A stretch of DNA of 64,000 bases from Neophaeotheca triangularis (lineage: Eukaryota): contig BAAIJX010000005.1 in the NCBI GenBank assembly GCA_054600435.1, forward strand, positions 744,001 through 808,000, given 5' to 3'. Positions 35,201 to 45,544 of this stretch are shown one piece after another. Each line of letters opens with the position of its first letter. Positions within the stretch are counted from its first letter, which is position 1. Below the pieces are notes generated by a model. That model ran no database searches and was not told the origin of the DNA. It was given only the letters and a program-made list of their open reading frames with translations. A program made the translations under genes and the position numbers.

Positions 35201-35356
35201 ATTAGGGACGCCGCTGATGGGTTGGTGAGAGATCTGAAGGAGAGGGCTAATTTGGTTGTGCTTGGGGAGAGAAAGGGGTGGGTTAAGGAGGCGGAGGGGT
35301 GGAAGGTTGAGGAGGTGGGTATGGGTGCTGCTGCTCCTGCGGAGAAAGACGTTTGA
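32228..35356 (+). CDS. CYM1: Mitochondrial presequence protease (M16C)
   Basis: Arg-rich presequence, [23 protein letters not shown] (HXXEH), [31 protein letters not shown]. Confidence 0.97.
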   Translation: [1042 protein letters not shown]

Positions 35357-35853
35357 TTGAAATTGATTGCAGACTGGGGGAGTTGTCGTCTGATGCTGTT
35401 GATGATACCCCACTCTTCGTTGATGCTGATTGCACTCGTGTATATTATAAAGACATCTGTAGGAATAGAGGTGGAAAGTAACTATAACAGTGTACTTAAT
35501 GTTCATGCCGTCATTTTTAGATTTGAGCATCAAGGCCAGCGTGATTCTCTATTTTACATCAATTGATGCCCCCCGTCTGTATCTCGGCACTTCAGAGGAA
35601 ATATGCAATAGACGCCCTTCGACCCCAAAAAAGCAACCTGCTGCTGTAAATTCCAACGACCTTCGGAACCCGGGGCAGAAAGACGCCCAAAAGCTAGCGC
35701 GTCTCTGTTTTGAGCCAGTAAAGATCAGTCTCAGCGTCGGGAGAAAGCTTGACTTCCATCTGATAACAGCCTCCCAGACTTCATCCCTCCAACAACGAAC
35801 AAACAGCTCATAACCCTACATCACAATCCTCTACCCAACGCTAAACCCAGATC

Positions 35854-36828
35854 ATGGACCCCGACTCAAATCTCCCTCCCAGTTCCCACCCAGGAAGCCT
35901 CCACTTCATCCCCCCAAGCCTCTCAGCCTTCGAACCCTCCCGCCCAACCCACAATGCCCAGACCCCAACCAACACCCTCCTCTGGGTCGGCGGCATGTTC
36001 GACACCTACCTCTCCGTCGCCTATCCCATTCAGATCGCCCGTGATTTGCCCGCGACCTGGTCTCTAGCCACCTGCTCTTTGTCATCCGCAGGCTACAGTT
36101 GGGGAACGAGCAGTATAGCCCGTGACGCAAAGGAGATGGGTAAGATTGTGGAGTTCTTTCGCAAACTCCGGCCAGAGGGGAAGATAGTTATTATGGGTCA
36201 TAGTACTGGATGTCAAGATTGCATGGAGTATCTTGTTGGCGAAGGTGCTGGGGAGAGACCGCCAGTTGATGGTGCGATTTTGCAAGCGCCGGTTTCCGAC
36301 CGTGAGGCTATTGAGGGGCATTTGCCGAAGGGGGAGTTGGATGAGTTTAACGGTATGGCTTTGAGGATGTGTGAGGAGGGGCGGGAGACGGATGCCATGC
36401 CGGCTCGGATGGTGAAAGGGACGTTTGGGCGGATTGCGATTACGGCGAAGAGGTGGATTGACATTGCTTCGCCGGCGCCGGAGAGGAAGGGGGCGGATGA
36501 TTACTTTAGTAGTGACTTGAGTGATGATAGGTTAAGAAAGACTTTTGGGAAGGTGCCGGGGCGTTCGCCGTTGTTGATTTTGTACAGTGGAAGTGAGGAG
36601 AATGTGCCCGCTGGCGTGGATAAGGAGGCCATGGTGAAGCGGTGGATGATGCATGTACGTGAAGGCGGAGGTGTGGCAGACGAGACCGACGGTGGTGTTG
36701 TGCCCGGCGCTACTCACAACCTGAACGGCAACCCTGAGGGTGTGGTTCAGGATCTGGTCAGCAGGGTCGCGGCGTTCATCCACCGGGTGGGGACGGAGAG
36801 CTTCCAGCAGGAGAAAGCGACGTTATGA
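35854..36828 (+). CDS. DUF1749 alpha/beta hydrolase
   Basis: LLWVGGMFD, MGHSTGCQD, ILQAPVSDRE, DDYFSSDL, GATH. Confidence 0.9.
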   Translation: MDPDSNLPPSSHPGSLHFIPPSLSAFEPSRPTHNAQTPTNTLLWVGGMFDTYLSVAYPIQIARDLPATWSLATCSLSSAGYSWGTSSIARDAKEMGKIVEFFRKLRPEGKIVIMGHSTGCQDCMEYLVGEGAGERPPVDGAILQAPVSDREAIEGHLPKGELDEFNGMALRMCEEGRETDAMPARMVKGTFGRIAITAKRWIDIASPAPERKGADDYFSSDLSDDRLRKTFGKVPGRSPLLILYSGSEENVPAGVDKEAMVKRWMMHVREGGGVADETDGGVVPGATHNLNGNPEGVVQDLVSRVAAFIHRVGTESFQQEKATL

Positions 36829-37426
36829 GCTTTTGAGCCCTTTCGCCCCCGAAGAAAGCACACATGTGCTCCTGAAAAGGCCAACAAGCATGTCCATACC
36901 CGGGATAGCTGCGTCAACTCGAGCTTCACACCTCACCTGCAGTCTCTAAGGTCTTCTCTTGCGTACATATAGTCTGCCTGAACTGCCAAAGTGAGGGCTT
37001 CGGATCCATCTCTCTTGGAAGTTGTGGCCAACAACAAGCCTGCCTTCTTGTGTGGAACCGAATGAAATTCCCTACGAGTGTAACCTCACTCCGTTTGGCC
37101 AACAGCGAGTGAAGTCCGACACTTCTACATCAGCCACCTCAAGAGCTCCTGGTCTGTTGCGGTATTGGTCTTTTCTCTCCTAAACATACGATCACCTCCG
37201 TACAGCAACCTCTCCGAAGTTACTACGACTTTGCGGCGGTGTCCCTGGTCTCTTACACTTTCACTTCCAGAAGAAGTCTACGCCAGCCGGGCCTATTTCA
37301 CAATTCAATCTCTACAAGGCGCTCGAATCTTGGGGTACTGGCTTTCAGGTCATTCTACTCGATTGAAAGGACTTCATGACACCACGCCTCTTCTTCACCA
37401 CTCATCATTCATCATCCAACGTCAGC

Positions 37427-38400
37427 ATGCCTTCGTCGAAGGCGATCAAGCCGCGCATCATCATGCGTGCGAAGAAAGTGAGCCCTGCACTGCGCAAGCT
37501 GTAAGTTCGGTATCTCTCTCGCTCTTCCGATTGTAGTCAAGAGCGCTGACCCATTGATCTCGCAGCTATGCCGAGAACCAGGAGAACAGCCCACTGCTAC
37601 GACTTCCGCCGGAGATACGCAACCGCATCTGGGGCTATGTACTCGGGGGACACACGATTCATATCTATACTCTGGGCCCCACGAAGAATGCGCGCGTCCT
37701 CCATTGCCTTTGCCTCAATGAGAAGTCTGATGCTGAAGAAATCGATCATCTCCGATCGCTCCCTTTGAGCAAGCGTCATACGTACCTTAACCTTCATTCC
37801 CTCTGCGTTGACGGAGTTGGCCGACCACATAAGGACACGACCAATGCAGGCTCTGGTCTCACCACTGCCGATGTTGCCGAAAGTACCGTTCCGTCAGCAG
37901 GTCGTCTCTCCCTCGCTCTTCTTCATGCTTGTCGCCAGATCCACCAAGAAGCTGCGCTTCTGCCGTTTGTCGACAACACCTTTTCGTTCCCCACCGACAT
38001 CTCCGTCAAAGCTTTCTCGATGACACTGATCCGCGAGCAAGCCAGAGCGGTCCTGAGTCTCACACTGTGCATCGTCGGAACATGCCGCATGTCCTTCGAT
38101 TTTCAAGCATCCTCAGGTACCAGGCTAGGCCCGGGAGTGCTCAGCCGCTTGACGTTGCACTTAGAGAGCTCTTGTTCGCTAAAACAGTTGCCCCTCGGCG
38201 GATTCGACACACGCGTCCAGAGACTGATCGAGCAATTTACAATGCTGTCTGCGAAGTCCGCACAAACTCTCATCGCCTACTACCGCTGGAATGGAGACCC
38301 AGACGACAACTCAAGGCTCCATAACATGAGGAGGTTGGAGGAAATCATCGAGGATAGCGTGACAGGTGCGGTCAAGGGCGATCATGGGCAGGAGAAATGA
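37427..38400 (+). CDS. DUF7730-like protein with F-box-like SPLL.LP.EIR motif, copy 1 (intron 37501-37565)
   Basis: Spliced NQENSPLLRLPPEIRNRIWGYVLGGHTIHI..LLHACRQIHQEAALLPFVDNTFSF. Confidence 0.78.
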
Positions 38401-39254
38401 AACAGCGGTGGCATCCCTGACTTCTAAGACATAAGGGCGGTCAGGACAGGGTTTGAGATTGTCTGACGGGGTGTGGGCGGACACTCCGATGCATACACAT
38501 CAAAATTGTGGTGCAAGGTGATGAAAGAACGGAGTTTTGGGGCAGATCGAGCTCAGTGCTCTGGGTGTTTTTCTGCGGCATTAAGAGAAGCGGTCCAAAC
38601 CAGTGAGCTCGAGCATGACCTCGCTCGGAGCGAGTAATTGACTTATTGCCTCAGCGGTAAGACTTGCTTCAGACGATTTCTATCGACGAGGTAGTTCAGA
38701 AGATCTCGTCTATTGTTTCTAGATCCCGCGACTCGAAGTTCACGGTTTAGCTGAACCCAGGTCCCAATGGCATAGCTTAGTTGCTGCTTCAGCCCATCGC
38801 TGCGACGTTGTGCTTTCTTTCAATCCCGAGGTCGTGAATCATTGACCCAATGTGATGCGTTGACCCCTTTTCACACGAAGTGATCTTTGATGACAAACAT
38901 CTTCCCTCTGACCTCTCTTTTCAGCGACGTTTCGAACGTCATGCTAAATACCTACGCCGGTCATAAGTGAAGCTGAAATAGGTCTCGATCACGTGTTAAA
39001 GCTTAATCTGCCTGGCACTTACCGTGACTTGCTTGATTAGGGGCAGCTGCTTCCTTCCCACCCCAGCACTCGACCTCTCCTCTCCTCTCCTTTCTTTACC
39101 TTCACCAAACACCAGCCTCGACGTCAACAACTACTGCTGCCAACAAACCTAAGGTACCTGATCAAACTGAGGCGTTCATCAACCAAGTAAAACGCTTCCT
39201 GCAAGACCTTTCTCTTCCCAACCTTCACTCCACCACCAAGTACCACCGACAACC

Positions 39255-40283
39255 ATGGCGCCAACCAGAAAGACTCCAACCGGTGGATCCTCCAAAAGTA
39301 CCCCAGCTCCGCAGGCCAAGAAGACACGCAAGCCAAGAAAGATGATGAGCGCAAAGAAGGTCGACCCGGAGCGGAGCAGAATGTAAGGCTGCCCTCTAGC
39401 AACGTTTAACCAAGCGTGAAAGTCAATTCCCGAGAGCGATGGAGACTAATCAGATCGTGACAGCTACATCAAGAACCAGCAAGACAGCCCTCTGCTAAAG
39501 CTTCCACCTGAGGTCCGGAATATGATATGGGGCTTCGTTCTTGGCGGCAATACCATCCACATATGCGTGGGACAAAACAGTGCAAGCCGTAAATGGGGTC
39601 GCATCTACCATACTGTCTGCTTGAACGACACATCGGATACGGAATATGCGAAGGAAGTGAAAACGCGGCCGTCAGTTTCCTGCGAGCCTTCCATGGAGCG
39701 CCATGAGGCCTGCAAGCCTCTCAGCCATGGTTTCAGCGATGAGCACAAAGAGTACCTCACCAACTGTCTCGTACTCCTCGAAGCGTGTCGACAAGTCCAT
39801 GAAGAGGCTGCGCTATTGCCCTTCAGCAGCAATGCTTTCAGTCTGTGGGGTTTCCAGCAGCTCGAACTTTTCTGCAATTCAATGTTATGCCCGCAGGCCG
39901 CGGCGATCAAGAATGTCACTCTTCATTGCCACTATGACTCTTTTATTAGACTGGGAGGACCGGGAAGTCCTGAGTACGGGGATGTCATTTGCAAGAAGAT
40001 CAAGGCGCTGGATTCGATGAACATGCTCATACACGTGGGGGGCACCGACATTCCCATTTTTGTTCAGTCTGGTGAAATGGACGCAAAATTGTGGTTTGAC
40101 TTGGAATGGATAACTTGGTTCGGTCGAGTCTCGAAGCCCATCAAGTCTGCCACGGTTGCGATTACTTTTGAGGCTGGATCATCATGGGTCAGGAGCCCTA
40201 CGTCTCCGCACGGTCTTGTGGCAGAGGAAGTACGGGAGATAGAGAGGAGCATTGAGGATAATTTCGTGGCGAAAAAGGTCTAA
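39255..40283 (+). CDS. DUF7730-like protein, copy 2 (intron 39383-39463)
   Basis: NQQDSPLLKLPPEVRNMIWGFVLGGNTIHI..LLEACRQVHEEAALLPFSSNAFSL; same intron position and phase as copy 1. Confidence 0.78.
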
Positions 40284-41066
40284 GCAAAGCCCAAGGGCGA
40301 GAGCCGTGCGGATGTGCGATGAGATACGAGGTGCCTCAAGGATTCTCACCACGGGACGTAGAAAATTAGTAACGAGACTGTCGTAAGTCTGAGGGGTGCC
40401 CATCCGGAAAGAACACCAGACAAGATATGGTACGGCACGGGGATCGCCATAGCAGGAATACCATAGTTGGTACGATGGGTTTTCAGGGTGGTTTCTTTGC
40501 TGCAGAACGCGAGCGTCGAAAGTCTTGTTCTAGCAGAGACTCCCAAAAGCTTTTCCGGGCGTCTGTGTGTTTGCAGTATCTGGCGTGCATTCCATTAGCG
40601 ACGGGCAGAGACGAGAGGTTGTAATTAGCTTGACATGTTGCTGCGGACAATTCTACAGCATTGCGATCCCTCCGTGAGCGAAAGCCTTCCAGGCTGCTTC
40701 CAGGCCACTCAACGGCGTAGTCTTTTGACTGCATAGCTGTCATGAACAAGACCGCACACCAGAAGATTTTCATTAGACGTGCTCAAGAAATTGGCTGGTA
40801 ATGGTGCGATTTCGACGTTACCCTGGAGCGTGGTCGACGTGTGAGATCCGCAGAGGTGCTTACCTGCTCACGAGTCGTACCAGCAGCCACTGTACGTCAC
40901 CAGTGAAGTCAGACCAACTTTCTCCCTTCGGACCAACCTCCTTCCGCGAGAGCATTGTTGTAGGACTCAAATGTAGGACATATACCTCTCTCTCCATTTC
41001 CCATCCTTCCCTTGAAACACATATATTCCAAAAGCTTCCCAACTTCCGCGCCTCATCTACAGCAAC

Positions 41067-42380
41067 ATGGCAGCCCAAACCCAAACCCAAGCGCAACCCA
41101 AACCGAAACCCAAAGGCCAAAACAACAAACCCAAACCAAACAGTCGGGGCGGTCCAAATCAACAAGCAAACAACAATGGCGGCGGACCGTCGGACGAAGA
41201 GCGAAAGCAAGAATCCTCCAAAGCCGCCCAAACGGCCCTGAAAGCCCAACGCGAAGCGACACGCCTCTCGCAAGCTGCCGCCGGCGCCGGCGACCCGAAC
41301 GAACGACAGAAACTACTCAACCAAGCTCTGAACAAGGAGATCGAGGCCGAGTCTTTTGGCAAAACGGCCAAGTACCTGCAATCTGGCACTTTTCAGGGCA
41401 TGCTGGTCGGAGGGGGTATGGGAGCTGTGCCGGGAGTTACGTTGGGCACATTGACAGGCACGCTCGTGGGAGGAGTGTCTACACTAGTGACGGGAGGGCT
41501 GGGGTCGGCAATTGGTGCGGGAGTGGGCGCGGTGCATGGCTCGTTCTTCAAGTTGGGTGACGTGGCTGGGAACGGTCTCAGGAAGCTTACGGGAGATTTG
41601 CCGGGTTGGGTGGCTTCGGAAGAGCAGAAGGCGACTTTGGAGCAGATGATTGGGCAGATTAACGATCAGGAGAGGCCGTCGGAGGGGGATTTGGAGGGTA
41701 TGAGCGCGGGTCAGAGCGTCGAGACCATAAAGGATGCTGGGACTGAGGCGGGAAATCAGGCTTCGTCTTGGTTGCCTGGGAAGGAATCCATTCCGACGTG
41801 GCTGGGAGGAGGAGGAGGAGGAGGAGGAGGTGGTGGTGGTCAGGAGCACAATGCACAAAAGGCTCAGAATGCGCAGAAGGCTCAGCAGGCTCAGCGGCAA
41901 CAGAGGGAACAGCAGCAGCCGCAGCAGGGGGGGCAAAATGGACAGGGACAGACGAATGCGCAGAGCAGTCCGCAACAGGCACGACCGAGCCCGAAAACAC
42001 GTAGCAGTCAAGCTGCGCCCGGGTCGAAGAGGCCTAATGAGCAGGCCGCCCCAAGGGACAAGTCTAGAAGAAGCAGTCTTGCCAACTCGGTGCAGACGGG
42101 TCAAAGACCGGCTTCAAGTGGTGCAAGCCAGGCGAAGAGCAAGCCGCCTTCCACAAACAGTGGGAACAGGCCCGCAACACGGAGCTCCGCGCAAAGTGGC
42201 CAGGAACAGGCTTCGAATACTTCAAACCAAGCCCCTACGGAGAAGAAGAAGCCCCAAAAGCTTCAAGTCCGGGGACAACAGCAACAACAATCACAGCCAC
42301 AATCGCAACCGCAGTCGAAAAAGACTCCGCGAAAGCTAGACAACAGGTCTAACAAGGCTAGTCAAGTGGCCGCCGCTTGA
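41067..42380 (+). CDS. Hypothetical protein with glycine-zipper hydrophobic segment and Q/S-rich tail
   Basis: 437-aa ORF; GxxxG-rich GMLVGGGMGAVPGVTLGTLTGTLVGGVSTLVTGGLGSAIGAGVGAVHG; poly-Gly from (GGA)n. Confidence 0.8.
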   Translation: MAAQTQTQAQPKPKPKGQNNKPKPNSRGGPNQQANNNGGGPSDEERKQESSKAAQTALKAQREATRLSQAAAGAGDPNERQKLLNQALNKEIEAESFGKTAKYLQSGTFQGMLVGGGMGAVPGVTLGTLTGTLVGGVSTLVTGGLGSAIGAGVGAVHGSFFKLGDVAGNGLRKLTGDLPGWVASEEQKATLEQMIGQINDQERPSEGDLEGMSAGQSVETIKDAGTEAGNQASSWLPGKESIPTWLGGGGGGGGGGGGQEHNAQKAQNAQKAQQAQRQQREQQQPQQGGQNGQGQTNAQSSPQQARPSPKTRSSQAAPGSKRPNEQAAPRDKSRRSSLANSVQTGQRPASSGASQAKSKPPSTNSGNRPATRSSAQSGQEQASNTSNQAPTEKKKPQKLQVRGQQQQQSQPQSQPQSKKTPRKLDNRSNKASQVAAA

Positions 42381-42479
42381 AAGAGGAAAACGAATTGTTT
42401 AAACGTCGTATCATAATGCCCATTGTTGGTCTATCTATTCCCGGCCATGTTTTGCGACACCGAGCTACCCAAGCGCTGC

Positions 42480-43596
42480 TCAATACGCAGGTGGTGTCGA
42501 GTAGGCCCAATCCTTTCCAGCCTGGATCATCTGCGTGTCAATACCGTTCGGTCCGCCCGAGGAAAGTAGGAACTTGTTGTAGTTGACAGACGACGAGAGG
42601 GTGAAGTTGGTCCCGGCGGGGATGAAGAGAGAATCGCCCTTGATGATCCTGACCTCTTCGCCGCAAAGGCACACCGTCACCTCGCCGTTCATGCCGTAGA
42701 TGAACTGGTGGTCAGGCGAGACCAAAGAGGGCTGGACATTGTCGGCGTGGGTCTTGCGCATGACCACTTGAGCGAGGGTGAAGTTGCCGTCGGATTGCAC
42801 GGCAGTGGCTAGAGGGGAGACGACGGCACCGACGTCCTCGTTCCAGTGGTGAGGGCCTTCGCCGTTGGCGAGGAAGTAGGGTGTCTTGCCATCCTTCGGC
42901 AGACTACCGTTGACGTGGTGCCAGTCAGGGCTGACGCAGTCGGGCGCAGTGTAGGTCTTGTTGATGAGGTTGATGTCGTACTTGCCGACAACTTTCCCGT
43001 AGGCTTCCTGGGGGAAGGCCAGCGCCTGGTCGGGCGGGAAGGGAACGCTGTACTCCGGGCTCCACGGCTCGCTGACGTTATAAAAGAACTCGTCGAAACC
43101 AGCCGGCTGGATCATGCCCATGAACTCGGTCTCTTGGGCGATGAACTGGTACGAGTGGTTTTGGTAGCCGGGGACCATGGCGAAGTCGCCGGCTTGGAGG
43201 TCGCGGGGTTCGCCGTTGACCCAGACACGGATGCCACCAGTCATGGGCAGGAATGTTTCGTGCCAGATGACGTGCTGAGTCGGTGGGTTAGCCGGATTCT
43301 GCAGTGGAGAGGGATGAAAAGGAGCGTACATAGTGAGCCGGCACAGCTTGGTTCGGCTTGCCGTTGGAGAGCAGCATGCTGAAGCCATTGGCTTCGTCGT
43401 TGTTGCTGCCAGTAGCAGTGACTTCTCCGTTCGTCAAGGGGCGGAAAATGTCGCCAGCGAGCTGCAACTTGGGGCCGTCGAGGTGACGGACAACGTAAGG
43501 GACGGGGGAAGCGGGCAAGGTGTCGTCGACCTCGAGGATCTTGGAGTAAGAGGTCTGCGCCAGGACGGCGAGGACAGTGGTGAGTTGACGAAACAT
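42480..43596 (-). CDS. Secreted quercetin 2,3-dioxygenase-like bicupin (intron 43329-43275)
   Basis: Signal peptide; spliced metal motif VPAHY|HVIWHETF, then GDFAMVPGYQNHSYQF, PYFLANGEGP, GDSLFIPAGT. Confidence 0.88.
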
Positions 43597-44519
43597 GGTT
43601 GCGAGGGAGGTTGAGTGAGGTATAGCAGAGACTCGCTTTCGATTTAATTTGCGATTGCTGGGTTTATATACACGACGACGAGCTCGACCCACTACAACCA
43701 TCGAAGACGCTAGACCCATAATCCCACCTTGCGCAAGGACCATAACATTAGGGCACTCTTCGGGCTTGACCCGTGTATTGACCCTTGGGGCTGGCAATGC
43801 GTCGTTCGGGAACTTACAGCAGTGACAGCGCGTTTCAAGACGACGAGGGTGTCGATCACGGTCAATCTAGACTCGTACCTGAAGGCTTCTCCGGCAAGTC
43901 GTCTGCGAGAAAGGTTTGGCTAGTTACATACCCCTGGTCTCAACAGTCTGAAGAGACTTTACGGACCACGATATAGTCTCGGTATCCGGCGGCGAATGCT
44001 CTGCCAGCCCTAACTGCGCTAATGCTTGAGGGCTGGGACTTGTTAAAGCTTCGCCTTCTTCGCGGGCTTGTATTGTGCCGAGCTAGGTACCTGCTCTCGG
44101 CTACTGTACCTTAAGGTATCCGTTGCTTTAAGGTACGTACCGGTAAGGTAAAACACAACATCCTTACATTCTAAGGATGATGATGATCGAAAAGTGAACA
44201 GTCGACTGGTCCAATGTGTGATATGAGATAGTCACGGGCCCAGACTATTCAACACTCATCTGCTTCTAGCCCTGATGCAATGACAGGAGGTCATACGGTC
44301 ACCTTTTGACTTGAAGTTTTCCGCCCACCCACGGGTCTTCCATATCGTTGAGGCATGGAGACGCTGAGGCTCCCTCGAGCGGTCAGCATAGCGGCTCTCT
44401 CGGGGAACCTAGAAACAGCCGGCGAATGCTACCACTTGCACAAATAATAATTAGCAGAGTGCGAGACTCTTCACTAGCATAGTGAGAGACTATACTTTAC
44501 ATGGCTACAAAGACACTAA

Positions 44520-45146
44520 CTATCCCCTCAACCCGCCAAAATCCGCTGAACCAACATGCACCAACCAGCGTATCAAAATCCCGACATCATCGACCAGATT
44601 CCTGGGAAACCCATCTTTAGGTCTATGCAGCTCCTTGGCCTCCATACGACTCCCATATTCCGTCTCAATGACCCTCCTGACAGCAGGCTCCAAGACAACA
44701 AAAAGATGACTAGCGCTGATATCCCTGGAATGAAACTTCGCCAACGTCGCCTCGAGTTCCAAAACCATGGCCTCTAGTCTCGCGACCCGCGCCGAGTGGT
44801 ACGAGCGCTCGGCCTTGTAAGCCAGCGCTTCGAGCAAGTCGGTCATGACCATGGCGCAGAGCGTTAGGTGTTTGGCGTCGACGAAGACGGGCATGGCGAC
44901 TTCGATGCCTTGCTCTTGGCCGGCGATGAAGGAGAGGGCGTCGCCGACGGCTACGCGGCGTTCGCGCGCTGTGAAGGCGTGCTTCCGGCTTGGGGAGAGC
45001 GTGTTGCCCGGCTCGTCGTAGAGGCCGCTCTTTTTCAGAGCGTCCGAGAGGAGTTTGGCTTGGTTGGGGTGGAGGGTCGAGAGGTCGAATTGGTCGAGGG
45101 GTGGTGCGAGTTTGGTCTTGTCCGTGGATTTGTCGGTCGAAGGCAT
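44520..45146 (-). CDS. Hypothetical protein, one copy of an unnamed helical domain
   Basis: 208-aa ORF similar to both halves of the adjacent 45545-47191 protein. Confidence 0.7.
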   Translation of the reverse strand: MPSTDKSTDKTKLAPPLDQFDLSTLHPNQAKLLSDALKKSGLYDEPGNTLSPSRKHAFTARERRVAVGDALSFIAGQEQGIEVAMPVFVDAKHLTLCAMVMTDLLEALAYKAERSYHSARVARLEAMVLELEATLAKFHSRDISASHLFVVLEPAVRRVIETEYGSRMEAKELHRPKDGFPRNLVDDVGILIRWLVHVGSADFGGLRG

Positions 45147-45544
45147 GGCGGCGGTAGGAGGGCGTCTCTAATTATTCGTTTCAATCGCCTGGTTTCTATG
45201 CTTGCTAGGGGGTCGTTCTGATCGGAGAGACATGCTTGAGAGCGGCGAGGGAACAGTATCATTGTCAGTAGGAATACAAAGCGTCCACCTACACTTCCGT
45301 ATCCGGCCAGACTGTTACTTGTGTGTTCTTGTTGAACAAAGGAGTCAGAGGACTTCCGAATCAATGCTCGCTCTTTGTCACTTTTTAACTGCTAGTTGGG
45401 ATCTGGGCGAGAATGTTGGCTGCTCACAGTCACGACACATTAGTGGTGGCGAGCAGAAACCACGAGGATGAGAGTAAAGTCGCCACGATGGAATGGCATA
45501 TTAATACCAAGATGTACGAAATGCCTGCGAGGCTTCGGACCTCC

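Noticed and set aside
38889..38912. Box C/D snoRNA (TGATGA..CTGA)
   Set aside because: Boxes are only ~14 nt apart, with no terminal stem or evident guide.
43950..44037. Group I intron R/S-like elements (GAAGAGACT..GATATAGTC) plus a CCAGCCCT/AGGGCTGG hairpin
   Set aside because: Spacing between the R- and S-like parts is too short for P3'/P8, and no P/Q elements were found. Probably simple hairpins.
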